In this document: positions 1 through 8,743 of the stretch, in pieces
Layout: every line of letters begins with the position of its first letter
How positions within the stretch are numbered: position 1 is the first letter of the stretch
Source of the DNA: Pseudomonadota bacterium
GTDB taxonomy: Bacteria; Myxococcota_A; Polyangia; Polyangiales; JAFGIB01
NCBI GenBank assembly: GCA_017881185.1
Contig: JADGRE010000002.1
Span: 9,158 to 73,157 of the forward strand
Direction of reading: 5' to 3'
Length of the DNA stretch: 64,000 bases
The notes under the pieces: model-generated
Told to the model about the DNA's origin: nothing
Seen by the model: the letters and a program-made list of their open reading frames with translations, nothing else
Databases searched by the model: none
Program-made: the position numbers and the translations under genes

Positions 1-65
1 CGCCCCCGATCAGTATTCGTGCAATAAGCGAGCGATGGCGGCGCGATCGGCGATCTTCCGCCGGC

Positions 66-1325
66 TCACTGCGCCCTGCGTGCTTTGGGCTCTTCCAGCT
101 TGGGCAGCACGAAGTGCAAGGTGACGTCGAGCGGCGCGACATCGGACCACGCGTCGGAGCCGAAGTCGTCTTTGAGGTCTTCGCCGACCGACCACAGCGT
201 CAGCTCGGTGCCGTCGGCCGATACGCGAAAGCTCAGCGACTTGCCGCGAAAGGGATCGAGCAGCGCGACGTCGTGCAGGCTCACGGGCTCGCTCGGCAGC
301 TTGCCGCGGTACACGCGCTCGGCGAGGGTTGCGACACCCACGGTCAAGCCGCGCAGCAGCGCCTGGCCACGCATGTCGTCGTAGAGAAAGTCGACGAGCG
401 AGCCAGCGTCTGCTGCCACCGATCCGGTCTTCGATTGCTGACGCAGGTCTTGCTGGCGTTTGAGGTCGTCGAGACCGTCGGGGTAACGCTCCGGCGTGAT
501 CTCCCGGAAGCGGGTAGGGCCATCGAACAGCGCCCAGTCTTTGAGCAACGCGGGACGGGCCATCAGCGTCTGCCAGACCAACGCTGCCGTGGGCTTGTTG
601 GTGAGCGCAGCCAGCGCGCGCAGCTTCATGGCGCTCACGATGTCGGTCAGCTCCAAGGCCGCCCCGCTCGGTGGCGGATGGGTAGCGAGCGTGTGCAGCT
701 CGTGGGCGGCGCGTCGCAGCGTGGTGAGGTCGGCGCGCGCCGCGCAGTGCGCGATGACCGGGCTCGCCACGCTCGTGAGCCGCATCGACACGCTCACGGC
801 CTCGAGCGGTCCACCCGGCACGAGATCCTGACCGAGCCGAATCACGTCGGTTGCCAGGCGCAAGCACTCGTCGGGCGCAGCTTCCTGGCCGCGGGCCAGC
901 AGCAGCACCGCGACTTCGACCGCCCGCGGATACGCCGGCACGCGCATCTGCGCGCCGCGCTCCGGCGTCAGCTCGGTCTGAGCCCAGCCGTGTTGCGTGG
1001 CGTTGCGTACGCGCTCGAGCAGCCCTTTGCGCGCTTCGAGCAGCGCGTGCTCGGCGGGGCTGAGCGCGGTGCCGTAGTAGAGCTTCTGCGCGATGCCGTC
1101 GCGCGCGTCGTCGCCGATGGGCGTCCAGTCCGCGAGTGCAGCGGCGGCCTCGGCGGCGGCGTTCGCCTCGCCCGGTTGGCCGCGCACCACGGGCCGCTCC
1201 CAGCGCAGCCTGCGCAAGGTGCCCACGTCGGCGTCGAGCTGACGGCACATGCGCTGGTACGCAGACTCGTAGAAGCCTACATAGCTCGCCAAGCCGAGCA
1301 GGCCGAGGGTCAGGAGCACTGCCAA
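66..1325 (-). CDS. Hypothetical membrane-anchored protein (419 aa)
   Basis: Only ORF in this interval with a balanced amino-acid composition; the overlapping frames are Arg/Ala-rich shadows. N-terminal hydrophobic helix MAVLLTLGLLGLASYVGF. No family recognised. Confidence 0.6.
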   Translation of the reverse strand: MAVLLTLGLLGLASYVGFYESAYQRMCRQLDADVGTLRRLRWERPVVRGQPGEANAAAEAAAALADWTPIGDDARDGIAQKLYYGTALSPAEHALLEARKGLLERVRNATQHGWAQTELTPERGAQMRVPAYPRAVEVAVLLLARGQEAAPDECLRLATDVIRLGQDLVPGGPLEAVSVSMRLTSVASPVIAHCAARADLTTLRRAAHELHTLATHPPPSGAALELTDIVSAMKLRALAALTNKPTAALVWQTLMARPALLKDWALFDGPTRFREITPERYPDGLDDLKRQQDLRQQSKTGSVAADAGSLVDFLYDDMRGQALLRGLTVGVATLAERVYRGKLPSEPVSLHDVALLDPFRGKSLSFRVSADGTELTLWSVGEDLKDDFGSDAWSDVAPLDVTLHFVLPKLEEPKARRAQ

Positions 1326-1583
1326 TTGTCTACGGATGTCCAGGCCCTCCGTGCGGAGCCGCCTGCCGAAAGGCAGGTCGGGGAACGCCGATGATCTCTC
1401 AGGTCGGGCCCATGGTGCAAATGCTCCGCGCCTCTACGACACCACCGGCGCGTGACCTCCGGCCGGGCTTGTGCTTTCATGCGCGCCGCCCCGTTTTTTG
1501 GGCTCGGGAGGCACACCTGGCCGTACGGCTCGACGAGCCGGCCACGACACTGCTTGCCCCCGTATGACTCGGCCACGACTTTG

Positions 1584-1616
1584 CACGTTACCGACACGTT
1601 ACCGACACGTTACCGA
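1584..1616. promoter_or_regulatory. Three perfect head-to-tail copies of the 11-nt unit CACGTTACCGA, just upstream of the 1634 CDS
   Basis: Read directly: cacgttaccga x3 at 1584-1594, 1595-1605 and 1606-1616, then a partial 'ca'. The ATG at 1634 follows a purine-rich ggacagaggaag. The 11-bp period is about one helical turn. Confidence 0.5.
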
Positions 1617-1633
1617 CAGGACAGAGGAAGACC

Positions 1634-2818
1634 ATGAGCATCACACGCGCGTACTCCATCACTTCTGAGGCCGTCGCCAAGGAGCGCGAGCGCACCGGTG
1701 GTGACACCTCGCAGGTGGACATCACGAAGGTCCTCACGCTCGACACGTTGACCTTGCCCGAGCTGGGCCCCAACGACGTCAAGCTGAAGATCCTCGCCGC
1801 TTCCGCCGAGCACAACATCGACCACGCCGCCACGGCCGACACCATCGACATCACCAAGGTGCGCGGCGGCAAGATGTACCCGGGCAACTCCGCCGTCGGC
1901 GAGGTCATCGAGATCGGCAGCCTGGTCAAGCGCTTCAAGGTCGGCGAGATCGTGGCCACGCACTGCAATGGCGAGCCCGATCAGTACGGCTATCCGCTGC
2001 GCATCTGGGCTTACGACCAACCGGACTCCATCGGTTGGTACAGCGAAGAGGCTGTGGTCGGTGAGTGGCAGATCGTGCACGTGCCGCTGCACTGCGGTCT
2101 GTCGCTGTGGGAGATGGCTGCGTTGCCGCTGCGTGCGCCAACCGCCTATCACCTGTGGCGCCGCGCGCTGGGTATCTACCGCTTGAAGGTGTCGACCGAG
2201 CGCCGCGCCGTGCTCAACGTGCTGTCGTTCGGCGGCGGCGTGGGTGAGCTGTTCGTGATGCTCGCCAAGTCCGAGGGGCACAACGTGTACTTCTGCTCGG
2301 GTAACCCCGAGCGTCGCGCGGCGCTCGAGGAGATCGGTATCACGGCGATCGATCAGCAAGCGTTCAACCGCTTCAAGAGCAAGGACGACATCAAAGCCTT
2401 CAGCAAGAAGTGCAAGGACCTGACGGGCGGCGAGAACATGCACGTCGTCTGCGACATGCTGCGCGGTCCAGTGTTCGACGCGGGCCTGGCCGTGGCGGCG
2501 CGCCAGGGCGTGAACGTCAGCTCCGGTTGGCAGCTGTCGCAAGTGGTCAGCTACAACTCCACGGTGCAGTCGGTGAAGCAAGTCACCATCGACCACATGC
2601 ACTACGAGACCATCGAGGGCTGCCAGGCCGCCACCGAGCTCTACGGCCGCGTGTTCAAGCCCACCATCCACAAGGAGATCTACTCCTTCGAGGATCTGCC
2701 GCGCTGCATGCAGGAGTTGCACGACAACACGCAGACGGGCATCCCCATCATTCGCATCGCCAAGGAGCTGCCGCCGGCTGTGAAGACCCTCAGCATGGCG
2801 CCACCCAAGGGATTTTGA
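1634..2818 (+). CDS. MDR-superfamily (zinc-ADH / enoyl or crotonyl-CoA reductase-like) oxidoreductase
   Basis: 394-aa ORF. GroES-like N-terminal part (LPELGPNDVKLKILAASAEHN) and a Rossmann-like segment (VLSFGGGVGELFVMLAKSEGHNVYFCSG). Substrate is not assignable by eye. Confidence 0.65.
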   Translation: MSITRAYSITSEAVAKERERTGGDTSQVDITKVLTLDTLTLPELGPNDVKLKILAASAEHNIDHAATADTIDITKVRGGKMYPGNSAVGEVIEIGSLVKRFKVGEIVATHCNGEPDQYGYPLRIWAYDQPDSIGWYSEEAVVGEWQIVHVPLHCGLSLWEMAALPLRAPTAYHLWRRALGIYRLKVSTERRAVLNVLSFGGGVGELFVMLAKSEGHNVYFCSGNPERRAALEEIGITAIDQQAFNRFKSKDDIKAFSKKCKDLTGGENMHVVCDMLRGPVFDAGLAVAARQGVNVSSGWQLSQVVSYNSTVQSVKQVTIDHMHYETIEGCQAATELYGRVFKPTIHKEIYSFEDLPRCMQELHDNTQTGIPIIRIAKELPPAVKTLSMAPPKGF

Positions 2819-2824
2819 GCCAGC

Positions 2825-3904
2825 TCAGATGCTCTGCGTGAGGGAGCGCTTGCGGCGTAGCTCGACATTGCCGAGCTGCCCGCAGGCGGCCATCACGCTC
2901 TGGCCCTTGGTGATGCGTCTGCGCACGGGCAAGCCCTCATCGCGTAGCCAGCCGATGAATGTCTCGATCTCGTCCTCGGTCGCCGCGCGCGTGATGGGCA
3001 GGCTGCCGGGGTTGTAGGGGATCACGTTCACCATCACGCGTCCGATCGGCCGGCAGAATTCGGCGACCTCGCGTGCGTGCTGTTGCGTGTCGTTCTTGCC
3101 AGGCAATAGACAGTAGTTCACCCCGAGCACGAAGTTCGCGCGCGGCCGGTAACGCATGAGCGCTGCCTGCAGCTGCGCGAGCGGCAGCTTCCGGTTCACC
3201 GGCATCAGCTCGCTGCGCAGCGTGTCGTTGGCGGCGTTCAAGCTGATCGACAAGTTCAGCCGCTTCATGCCCAGCGTGCGCAAACGCTCGATGCCGTCGA
3301 TACGCCCGACCGTGCACACGGTGATGCGCTCCTGCGACATGCCCAGGCCCACCGGATCGGTGATGACGTGCAGCACCTGCACGAGCGCGTCGGCATTGTC
3401 GAGCGCCTCGCCCATGCCCATGAACACCACGTTGCGAAACTCCCAGCCCAGCACGTAGCGCGCGACCAAGAGCTCCGCGACGATCTCCGCTGCGCTCAAG
3501 CTGCGTAGCAAGCCCATGCGGCCGGTCTCGCAGAACTGACAGCCCATCTTGCAGCCGACCTGACTCGACACGCACAAGGTCTGGCGGCCGCGGCCCATGG
3601 GCAAGAGCACGCACTCGTACTCGAGGCCGTCGTGGGTCGCGAGCACGGCTTTCGCCGTCATGCCCGTCTCCGCCGCTTCGCTCAGCGTGCGCACCACGCG
3701 TGGCAGCTGCAAGCGAAAGGCTGCGCGCCACGCCTCGACGCTCGTCTGTCGCAAGCCGAGCGCTTCGGGCTCGAAGCTGCCGCTGTGCATCACTTGCTTG
3801 TAGATCTTGCGCGCGACGCCGTGCCCCACGGGCAAGCGCTCACGCGCGGCGTCGGCGAGCTGGGCGGCCGTCAGTCCGCACAGGTCCAGCGGGGCGTCAT
3901 GCAC
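2825..3904 (-). CDS. rlmN: Radical-SAM 23S rRNA/tRNA adenine C2 methyltransferase, RlmN/Cfr family
   Basis: Radical-SAM box CKMGCQFC within LCVSSQVGCKMGCQFC, then VVFMGMGEALDN and the C-terminal AACGQLG catalytic-Cys context. GTG start at 3904. Confidence 0.85.
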   Translation of the reverse strand: MHDAPLDLCGLTAAQLADAARERLPVGHGVARKIYKQVMHSGSFEPEALGLRQTSVEAWRAAFRLQLPRVVRTLSEAAETGMTAKAVLATHDGLEYECVLLPMGRGRQTLCVSSQVGCKMGCQFCETGRMGLLRSLSAAEIVAELLVARYVLGWEFRNVVFMGMGEALDNADALVQVLHVITDPVGLGMSQERITVCTVGRIDGIERLRTLGMKRLNLSISLNAANDTLRSELMPVNRKLPLAQLQAALMRYRPRANFVLGVNYCLLPGKNDTQQHAREVAEFCRPIGRVMVNVIPYNPGSLPITRAATEDEIETFIGWLRDEGLPVRRRITKGQSVMAACGQLGNVELRRKRSLTQSI

Positions 3905-4025
3905 GCGCGGATGGTGACGCAGGATGCCGTGCGGTGCCAGTCAGCGCGCCATGCCGGGCGCAGGGGCCAAGGTGCTCGGCGCGGGCTTGGCCGCGTTCGA
4001 CGCTGTCATGTGGCGTTGGATGAAG

Positions 4026-4159
4026 CGCACCTGGAAGTTTTCACATCCCGGGTCTCTGCCATGAGCGGGATCTGTTGGCCTTCGGACCAGAGTTTCTGGC
4101 GGGTCGCGATCCGAGGGTCTCGGCGTTGTTCTTGGTTCATTGGCAAACTTCCAGGTGCG
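4026..4159 (-). other. 15-bp perfect inverted repeat bracketing about 104 nt in the rlmN upstream region
   Basis: cgcacctggaagttt (4026-4040) is the exact reverse complement of aaacttccaggtgcg (4145-4159). The region is lower in GC than its surroundings. It encloses a weak 44-codon ORF (4006-4140, minus strand). Confidence 0.4.
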
Positions 4160-4422
4160 TCGAGCATTTCACAGCGGCTCAATGACGTTTCCAGTCTGAC
4201 AGAATAATTATACCCGCACTCGCGGCGGTCGCCATTCTGCGGGCATGCGAGCGCTGCACATGAGCCGGTCTTGCCGCCGTGCGCGCAAGCACGTACATGC
4301 GCACCGGCATGCGCGCGCCGCCTACGCGCAAGCTTCGTGCGTGCCGCGCAAAGTGACACCCCGCGTGCGATTGCGTAAGCTGGGATTTGGAGCGCTTCTT
4401 GAATGCGGTAACGAACAAGTCG

Positions 4423-5820
4423 ATGCCTAAGATCGGCGACGTTGTCGCCGATAAGTACGAGGTCGAGCGCATCATCGGTGAGGGCGGCATGGGAGCGGTG
4501 TTTGCCGCCATGCACAAGCTCACCGGCAGGCGCGTCGCGCTCAAGTGGATGCTGCCCGAGCTGGCGCGTGACGCCGACGCCGTGCAGCGCTTCATGCGCG
4601 AGGCCCAGGCCGCCGGCCGCATCAACCACCCGAACGTCGTCGACGTCTACGACGTGGGTCAACACGACGACTCGTTCTTTCTCGTCATGGAGTTTCTGCA
4701 AGGTGAGCCGCTCACCGCCGCGCTCGAGCGACGCAACCTCACCGTCGGCGAGGTGGTCGACCTGCTCTTGCCGGCGATGCGCGGCGTCGCAGCCGCGCAT
4801 CGCGGTGGTGTCGTGCACCGCGATCTCAAGCCCGACAACATCTTCCTGTGTCGCGACGAAGAAGGCAGCATCGTGCCCAAGGTGCTCGATTTCGGCATCT
4901 CCAAGCTCGCAAGCCACGACGGCTCGACCGACATGCACCTGACCAAGACCGGCGCGGTGGTCGGGACGCCTTACTACATGTCACCGGAGCAGATCCGCGG
5001 CTCCAAGCAGGTCGACAAGCGCTCGGACGTCTACGCGTTCGGAGTGATCTTGTACGAGGCGCTGACCGGACAGGTGCCGTTCAATGCCGACACCTACAGC
5101 GCGTTGATTCTCGAGATCGCTACAGGCACGGCCAAATCGCCGCGCGACATCGTGCCGACCTTGCCGGAGCCATTGTCGCAGGTCGTGCTCAAGGCGATGG
5201 CGCGCGAGCTTGGCGATCGCTTCCCGGACATGGAGAGCTTTGCCGTCGCGCTCGAGCCCTTCGCATACACGCCTTCGCTGCGCGGCGAGCGTCGCGATCC
5301 AACCGGTCGCCAGGCGAATTCACTCGCCACGGGTGCCACGGTCAACGCGACTCCGTTCACGTCCGAAGCGCCCGGGGTGCCTAGGCAGAAGACGGGCGGG
5401 CGAGTGGCCGTGGCCCTCGTCGCTTTGGCGGTGCTCGGTGCCATCGCTTGGTTCGCCACGCGTGGTGCAGGGCCTGTCGCCGAAGGCGCGCACGTCGTCG
5501 CGCCGGCCGCGGCGAGCCAGCTGGCGCCCGCGGCACCCGCACCGGAAGAAGGCCCTGGCGCGCCCACGCCGCCGCCATCCGCTGCAGCGGTCGCGGCACC
5601 TGCAGCAGCGCCGGAACCCACGGTGGCTGCACCGCCGAATGCTGCCGCGTCTGTCGCACCCGTCGCGCCCGCGCTCAGCCCGCGCGAGCGCAAAGCCCAT
5701 GCGTCGCGCCATGCCGCCGCTGCAGCAGTCGCTGCACCCGTTGCCGCACCCGACAGCGCGCCGCGTGCACCTGCGGCACGCCGTGCCCGCTCTGGCACCC
5801 TGAGCGTCGACGATTTCTGA
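4423..5820 (+). CDS. Hanks-type Ser/Thr protein kinase with TM segment and Ala/Pro-rich C-terminal tail
   Basis: Motifs GEGGMGAVF, VALK, HRDLKPDNIFL, DFGISK, GTPYYMSPEQ. TM segment VAVALVALAVLGAIAWF. Start is ambiguous: ATG at 4423 is preferred over TTG at 4387. Confidence 0.85.
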   Translation: MPKIGDVVADKYEVERIIGEGGMGAVFAAMHKLTGRRVALKWMLPELARDADAVQRFMREAQAAGRINHPNVVDVYDVGQHDDSFFLVMEFLQGEPLTAALERRNLTVGEVVDLLLPAMRGVAAAHRGGVVHRDLKPDNIFLCRDEEGSIVPKVLDFGISKLASHDGSTDMHLTKTGAVVGTPYYMSPEQIRGSKQVDKRSDVYAFGVILYEALTGQVPFNADTYSALILEIATGTAKSPRDIVPTLPEPLSQVVLKAMARELGDRFPDMESFAVALEPFAYTPSLRGERRDPTGRQANSLATGATVNATPFTSEAPGVPRQKTGGRVAVALVALAVLGAIAWFATRGAGPVAEGAHVVAPAAASQLAPAAPAPEEGPGAPTPPPSAAAVAAPAAAPEPTVAAPPNAAASVAPVAPALSPRERKAHASRHAAAAAVAAPVAAPDSAPRAPAARRARSGTLSVDDF

Positions 5821-5861
5821 ATGCCTCGACTGGCGTGCCCGCTGCGCGGCCTAGCTCGGTG

Positions 5862-7100
5862 TCACGCCGCGCTGGGCGACGGCATCGAGCCGCCGTCCGA
5901 CTGACCCGTGAGCAGCGACGGATGGATGTGCGAGCGCGGCTGCGGTTTCACTTCGTCGTTGCGGAAGGGCCCCAGGCCCTTGCGCTTGAGCTCGGCCGTG
6001 GCCAGCGCCATGTAGCGGCCGTTGTCGAGCATGGCCAGGAGCACGGTGCCGTAGTAGCCCGCGGGCATCTTCGCGGTCTCGGGGAAAAACCGAAGCTTCT
6101 GGAACTCGCGCGACGCCTGTGCGTGATGGTCTGCGTGGCGCGACAGACCCACCAGCGTGTAAAGCGTGAACCAGTTGTCGGTGTCCCACGAATCGATGGA
6201 CACGACCTTCTTGCCCACGCGCGAAAGCCCCCAGTGCTCGATGTAATTCACGGTCTCGAGCAAGGTCACCGCCGTGCGGGCCTGCAAGAGGAAGAACACC
6301 ATGGCCAGCGGGCCGAAGAACACGGCGTACGCTGCAATGATGGCCAGCTCGGCCACCACGCCTTGAAACACGCGGTGCCGCAGCATGCGCGGATCGGGCA
6401 GCTTCATCTTCGGGTCGCCCAGGCGCACTTTTTCGAGGCGCCAGGCGCTGCGGAATTGCGCGGGGATGGTGCGGCGCACGAACTCCTTCTGCGTCTCGCC
6501 GAAGCGCGCCGTGGCCGGGTCTTCGAGCGTGCCGATGCGCGGGTGATGGCCACGCACGTGCTCGGTCGCGAATTGCTCGTAGAGCACGCCCATGAGCAAG
6601 ATGCGGCCCATCAGGAACTCGATCGGGTTCCTGCGATGCACCAGCTCGTGCGCGAGCACGATGCCCGAGTAACCCGCGGTGGTGCCAGGCACGACCAACA
6701 CGGCCACGAGCGTGGCGAGTGTCTGCACGAAGCCGTGGAAGTTGCTGACCGACAGCTGCGAAATGCCGTAGCCGAGCAGCACGTGGTTCGCGATCTGAAT
6801 GGCGAACAAGAGATAGAGCTGCAGATTGAACGGCCAGCTGGGGATGTCTTCGCGCGGCTGACGGAAGTCTCGCGGCGCGCGATTGTCGATGTAGATCAAG
6901 ATCCACACGGGCATCGTCCACAAGAGCGACGACCACCACGCGTGTGGTCCGGTGAGCCAGAACGCGAGCGTAATCAGCGGCAGCACGAACGCCCACAGGT
7001 GCAAGGTGAACGCACGGGCGTTGGACATCGGTTGGGTGGTGCCTTGGAGGTCTTGCGCGACTTGGGCGACTTGGGCCTCGTGCGCATCTGCGGTCTGCAT
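5862..7100 (-). CDS. alkB: Integral-membrane alkane 1-monooxygenase-like (AlkB / fatty-acid desaturase superfamily) di-iron hydroxylase
   Basis: His boxes HELVHR, EHVRGHH and LSRHADHHA, plus NYIEHWGL. Several hydrophobic helices. The ATG at 7100 (MQTADAH) is preferred because the 39-codon upstream extension is Arg-rich. Confidence 0.8.
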   Translation of the reverse strand: MQTADAHEAQVAQVAQDLQGTTQPMSNARAFTLHLWAFVLPLITLAFWLTGPHAWWSSLLWTMPVWILIYIDNRAPRDFRQPREDIPSWPFNLQLYLLFAIQIANHVLLGYGISQLSVSNFHGFVQTLATLVAVLVVPGTTAGYSGIVLAHELVHRRNPIEFLMGRILLMGVLYEQFATEHVRGHHPRIGTLEDPATARFGETQKEFVRRTIPAQFRSAWRLEKVRLGDPKMKLPDPRMLRHRVFQGVVAELAIIAAYAVFFGPLAMVFFLLQARTAVTLLETVNYIEHWGLSRVGKKVVSIDSWDTDNWFTLYTLVGLSRHADHHAQASREFQKLRFFPETAKMPAGYYGTVLLAMLDNGRYMALATAELKRKGLGPFRNDEVKPQPRSHIHPSLLTGQSDGGSMPSPSAA

Positions 7101-7215
7101 CGTTTTGTTCCTAGTATGCCTTCGGCTCGCTCGCCAGTGCCGTCCACGCCAGCGCGCCCGCGCCAGCGCATGACAGGCGCGTGGTGCGGTTGACCAGCCG
7201 GCTCTGACATGCTTC

Positions 7216-7252
7216 ACATACGCATCCGTATGTCACATACTGGTGCGTATGT
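7216..7252. promoter_or_regulatory. Two adjacent palindromes (ACATACG-n4-CGTATGT and ACATAC-n6-GTATGT) in the alkB / ferredoxin divergent intergenic region
   Basis: Read directly. Arm pairs are 7216-7222/7227-7233 and 7235-7240/7247-7252. This is a local low-GC patch. CGTATGTCA also recurs as a direct repeat 19 bp apart. Confidence 0.5.
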
Positions 7253-7333
7253 CAATCCCACGGCGAGGTCTCGCGGCATTGGCTATAGTCGGTCGCCGCG
7301 CGCCTCACGCGCAGCGCATCCCAGGAGGAGCCG

Positions 7334-7528
7334 ATGAGAATCATTGTAGATTTCGATTTGTGTCAGAGCCACGGGCTGTGCACCGAAGCGGCCCCGGAGC
7401 TCTTCCAGATCCGAGACGATGGCTTTCTCTACGTGCTCAACGAGACGCCCGGCAAGGAGCTCGCGGGCAAGGCCCAGAAGGCCGCGATCGAGTGCCCCAC
7501 GGGTGCCATCACGCTCAAGGACGACTGA
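7334..7528 (+). CDS. Small single-cluster ferredoxin (CxxHxxC...CP type)
   Basis: 64 aa. Motifs DLCQSHGLCTEAAPELF and ECPTGAI. AGGAGG lies 5 nt upstream of the ATG. Confidence 0.85.
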   Translation: MRIIVDFDLCQSHGLCTEAAPELFQIRDDGFLYVLNETPGKELAGKAQKAAIECPTGAITLKDD

Positions 7529-7531
7529 GCC

Positions 7532-8743
7532 GTGGACACGGTGGTGGTGGTCGGGGCCTCGCTCGCGGGCCTGCGCTGCTGCGAAGCCCTGCGCCGCCGC
7601 GGCTACAGCGGCAAGCTGGTGCTCGTGGGCGAGGAGGCGCACAAGCCCTACGACCGGCCGCCGCTGTCGAAGCAGGTGCTGTGCGGCGAGTGGGAGCCTG
7701 CGCGGACCGAGTTTCGACGCAAAGAAGGCTATGCGCCGCTCGCGCTGGAGCTGCAGCTGGGCCGGCGCGCGCTGGCGCTGCACGCGCAAGCGCGACGCGT
7801 CGTGCTCGACGACGGCAAGGAGCTTGCCTACGACGGCTTGGTGATCGCGACCGGGGCACGCGCGCGCACGCTGCGCGGCAGCGAAGCGCTCTCGGGCGTG
7901 TTCACGCTGCGCACGCTGGACGATGCGTTGCAGCTGCGCGTGGCGCTGCTGCAGCAACCACGCGTCGTCGTGGTGGGGGCGGGGTTCATCGGTCTCGAGG
8001 TGGCGTCGGCGTGTCGCAAGCTAGACGTCGCGGTCACCGTCGTGGAGTCGATGGCGCTGCCGCTCGACAACCCGCTCGGCAGCGCCGTGGGGCAGGCGGT
8101 GCAGCGCCTGCACGAGGCGCACGGCGTCAGCTTCCGTCTGGGCGTGGGCGTGGCCGCGCTCGAGGGGCACGGGCGCGTGGAGCACGTGCGCTTGTCGGAC
8201 GGCACAGCGGTTCCAGCTGACGTCGTGGTGGTCGGCATCGGCGTCACGCCGAACACAGCGTGGCTCGAAGGCTCCGGCGTCGCGGTCGGCGATGGTGTGC
8301 TGTGTGACCCGACGCTCGCGACCAGTGTGCCGGGCGTCGTCGCTGCCGGTGATGTCGTGCGCTGGGAGAACCCGCTCTTCGGAGAGTCCATGCGGGTGGA
8401 GCACTGGTCGAACGCGGTGGAGCAGGGACAAGCTGCCGCGGCGCGTCTGCTCGCGGGACCCACCGGTGGGGAGCCGTTTTCGTCGTTGCCGTACTTCTGG
8501 TCGGACCAGTACGACCTCAAGTTGCAGTTCGCCGGGCGCGTGCGCGCAGACGACGAGCTGGTGCTGGTGGAAGGCACACTGGCCGATCGCAACTACGTTG
8601 CCCTCTACGGGCGCGCGGGCAAGTTGCGCGGCGTGCTCGCGAGCAATCGGCCACAGCAATTGCTGCGCTACCGAAAGTTGTTGTCGGAGCAGGCGAGCTT
8701 CGACGCTGCGCTCAACGCTGCCCGCCCCTCGGCCGGTCCTTGA
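7532..8743 (+). CDS. FAD-dependent NAD(P)H:ferredoxin (rubredoxin/putidaredoxin-type) reductase
   Basis: VVVVGASLAGLRCCE (GxGxxG), PYDRPPLSK, a second dinucleotide fold VVVVGAGFIGLEVAS, and AAGDV. The GTG start is 3 nt after the ferredoxin stop. Confidence 0.85.
   Translation: MDTVVVVGASLAGLRCCEALRRRGYSGKLVLVGEEAHKPYDRPPLSKQVLCGEWEPARTEFRRKEGYAPLALELQLGRRALALHAQARRVVLDDGKELAYDGLVIATGARARTLRGSEALSGVFTLRTLDDALQLRVALLQQPRVVVVGAGFIGLEVASACRKLDVAVTVVESMALPLDNPLGSAVGQAVQRLHEAHGVSFRLGVGVAALEGHGRVEHVRLSDGTAVPADVVVVGIGVTPNTAWLEGSGVAVGDGVLCDPTLATSVPGVVAAGDVVRWENPLFGESMRVEHWSNAVEQGQAAAARLLAGPTGGEPFSSLPYFWSDQYDLKLQFAGRVRADDELVLVEGTLADRNYVALYGRAGKLRGVLASNRPQQLLRYRKLLSEQASFDAALNAARPSAGP

Noticed and set aside
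1481-1499. Run of six T residues after GC-rich sequence, looking like an intrinsic terminator in the 1326-1633 intergenic region.
   Set aside because: No convincing uninterrupted stem precedes the T-run, and no plus-strand gene ends upstream of it. It could be part of a leader, but I cannot support a terminator or attenuator call.
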